A stretch of 7,015 bases of DNA from Candidatus Helarchaeota ASGARD archaeon Hel_GB_B. Lineage in GTDB: Archaea; Asgardarchaeota; Lokiarchaeia; Helarchaeales; HEL-GB-B. The notes beneath the pieces were generated by a model that did not search any database, was not told where the DNA came from, and saw nothing but the letters and a program-made list of their open reading frames with translations. The stretch is from positions 1 to 7,015 of the forward strand of contig SUPR01000140.1 of NCBI GenBank assembly GCA_005191425.1, given 5' to 3'. Each line of letters begins with the position of its first letter. The first letter of the stretch is position 1. The position numbers and the translations under genes were made by a program. Shown here in pieces: positions 5,786-7,015 of the stretch.

Positions 5786-6520
5786 ATGGCACCAAAAGTA
5801 AAAATATATCCTCTTGCAGTTGCAAAAATTATTTACCATAGTGCTTCAAATCCAAATAAGGAAATTGCGGGATTTTTAATTGGATATTTTTATAAGGATA
5901 CTGTTATAATTACAGATACAAGAACAGGGAAACAGTATGGTACTTCAGTTCATGTAGTTATTGATGATATTGAATTAGCAAAAATCGCAGAAGAATTAGA
6001 TAATCTAAATATTAATGAAAAAATTGTTGGTTGGTATCACTCACATCCAAATATGGGAGCTCATTTTTTTTCTAGTATAGATATAAGTACTCAAAAACGT
6101 TATCAGATGTTTTCTCCTAATGCAGTTGGTATTGTCGTAGATCCTGCACAATTTATTAGAACTAAAAATCCAAACCATATAGATTTAAAATGTTGGCAAG
6201 TATATAATGATCATGCTATTAATATTGATTATGAAATAATTACGGATTCAGAAGCTTGTTTAAAAAATCTTTTACAACATTTACAAATAATTCCTGATAT
6301 AAATAGTAATATTTCATACATTATAGAAAAATTATTACCTCAATTTAATAGTGATGCTATTTTAAAAAAAGTCGAATTTACCAGACAAGAAATTTCAAAA
6401 CCAATTTTATCTGAAGATATTTATTATCTTAATAAAAATATATTAAAATTATTAATCCAATTAATAATATTAGTTTCTTTTTTAGTAATGTTAGTATTGT
6501 ATGTAAATATCCTTATTTAA
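5786..6520 (+). CDS. JAMM/MPN+ zinc metalloisopeptidase (Rpn11/CSN5-like) with a predicted C-terminal transmembrane helix
   Basis: E26 (KEIAGFLIG), GWYHSHP (H85, H87), S96 and D99, followed by STQ and AVGIVVDP as in Rpn11/CSN5. Residues 222-244 are uncharged and hydrophobic and end the protein. Confidence 0.88.
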   Translation: MAPKVKIYPLAVAKIIYHSASNPNKEIAGFLIGYFYKDTVIITDTRTGKQYGTSVHVVIDDIELAKIAEELDNLNINEKIVGWYHSHPNMGAHFFSSIDISTQKRYQMFSPNAVGIVVDPAQFIRTKNPNHIDLKCWQVYNDHAINIDYEIITDSEACLKNLLQHLQIIPDINSNISYIIEKLLPQFNSDAILKKVEFTRQEISKPILSEDIYYLNKNILKLLIQLIILVSFLVMLVLYVNILI

Positions 6521-6547
6521 AATTAAAAGCAAGTAAATCCTTAAACA

Positions 6548-6952
6548 TCATTCAGATTCAGATAATTTTACACTAATTTTTGCACTTAATGTTATTTTTT
6601 TCAAAATATTGGTAATATCGCTTGTATTTTTTAGATTTCCAATTACATTAACTTTACTAAATGTTTTATCAACGTCTTCAAAAAATATCAAAATCTCATC
6701 GCCTAATGGTTGATAAGCAATGTCTCCTTTTTTAACACTCATTGTTGGTTTTTCTACTCCTGTATTTATATTAGCTTTAAAAGCTAAACGATTGCCTTCA
6801 AGTACTATACCACGTTCATTGATTATTGGTAAATTATCAATAAACTTCTTAACAATAGAGGGACTATAGACCATCCTTAATATTCCTTTTACTATATTTT
6901 TTTCTCCGCCCTTCTCAACTATTATATCTATTTCATATTCACTTTTAGGAAT
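6548..6952 (-). CDS. Cyclophilin-like-fold protein (TM1367/DUF3830-like); start probably upstream of the tracked ATG at 6874
   Basis: Motif GVEKP...KGDIAYQPLGDEILIFF...VNVIG is typical of this family. The reading frame stays open 27 codons upstream of ATG 6874 (stop at 6958-6956), and GGTGAT lies 7 nt before an in-frame ATT at 6952. The product call is more secure than the start position. Confidence 0.65.
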   Translation of the reverse strand: MPKSEYEIDIIVEKGGEKNIVKGILRMVYSPSIVKKFIDNLPIINERGIVLEGNRLAFKANINTGVEKPTMSVKKGDIAYQPLGDEILIFFEDVDKTFSKVNVIGNLKNTSDITNILKKITLSAKISVKLSESE

Positions 6953-6959
6953 TAATTAA

Positions 6960-6965
6960 ATCACC
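6960..6965 (-). promoter_or_regulatory. Ribosome-binding site for the cyclophilin-like gene
   Basis: GGTGAT matches the archaeal SD core (GGAGGUGAU) and is followed by TTAATTA-ATT. Confidence 0.55.
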
Positions 6966-7015
6966 AAATCAACTCTTTTATATATTTATTTAAATCAATT
7001 TTTCAATTTTTATAA

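Noticed and set aside
6548-6952. Call as an active peptidyl-prolyl isomerase
   Set aside because: Only the cyclophilin-like fold pattern is recognisable; canonical cyclophilin catalytic motifs (e.g. FHRV, QGGD) are absent.
1-7015. tRNA, rRNA, CRISPR, IS or transposase features
   Set aside because: None recognised: no cloverleaf-like GC stems, periodic repeats, terminal inverted repeats or transposase ORF.

Overview
Low-GC (roughly 25% by eye) archaeal window, most likely from an Asgard archaeon: it encodes a longin-like protein, a 7TM protein with a C-terminal GFxxPxW motif and an Rpn11/CSN5-like JAMM protein, and has archaeal GGTGA-type ribosome-binding sites. Left half: end of a LysW-carrier amino-acid biosynthesis cluster (3' end of lysX/argX, lysZ, lysK). 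It converges on, and overlaps by 17 bp, an ArgF'-type transcarbamylase, the class that acts on N-acylated ornithine rather than free ornithine. The leading hypothesis is an arginine route in which LysW-bound ornithine is carbamoylated before release (LysW-citrulline). Right half: a longin-like gene and an N-out 7TM gene diverging across an ~89% AT spacer, a Gfo/Idh/MocA oxidoreductase, a JAMM/MPN+ isopeptidase with an apparent C-terminal membrane anchor, and a cyclophilin-like-fold gene that probably starts at a non-canonical ATT. No RNA genes, CRISPR array or mobile element were recognised. All family comparisons are from remembered reference motifs; no searches were run.
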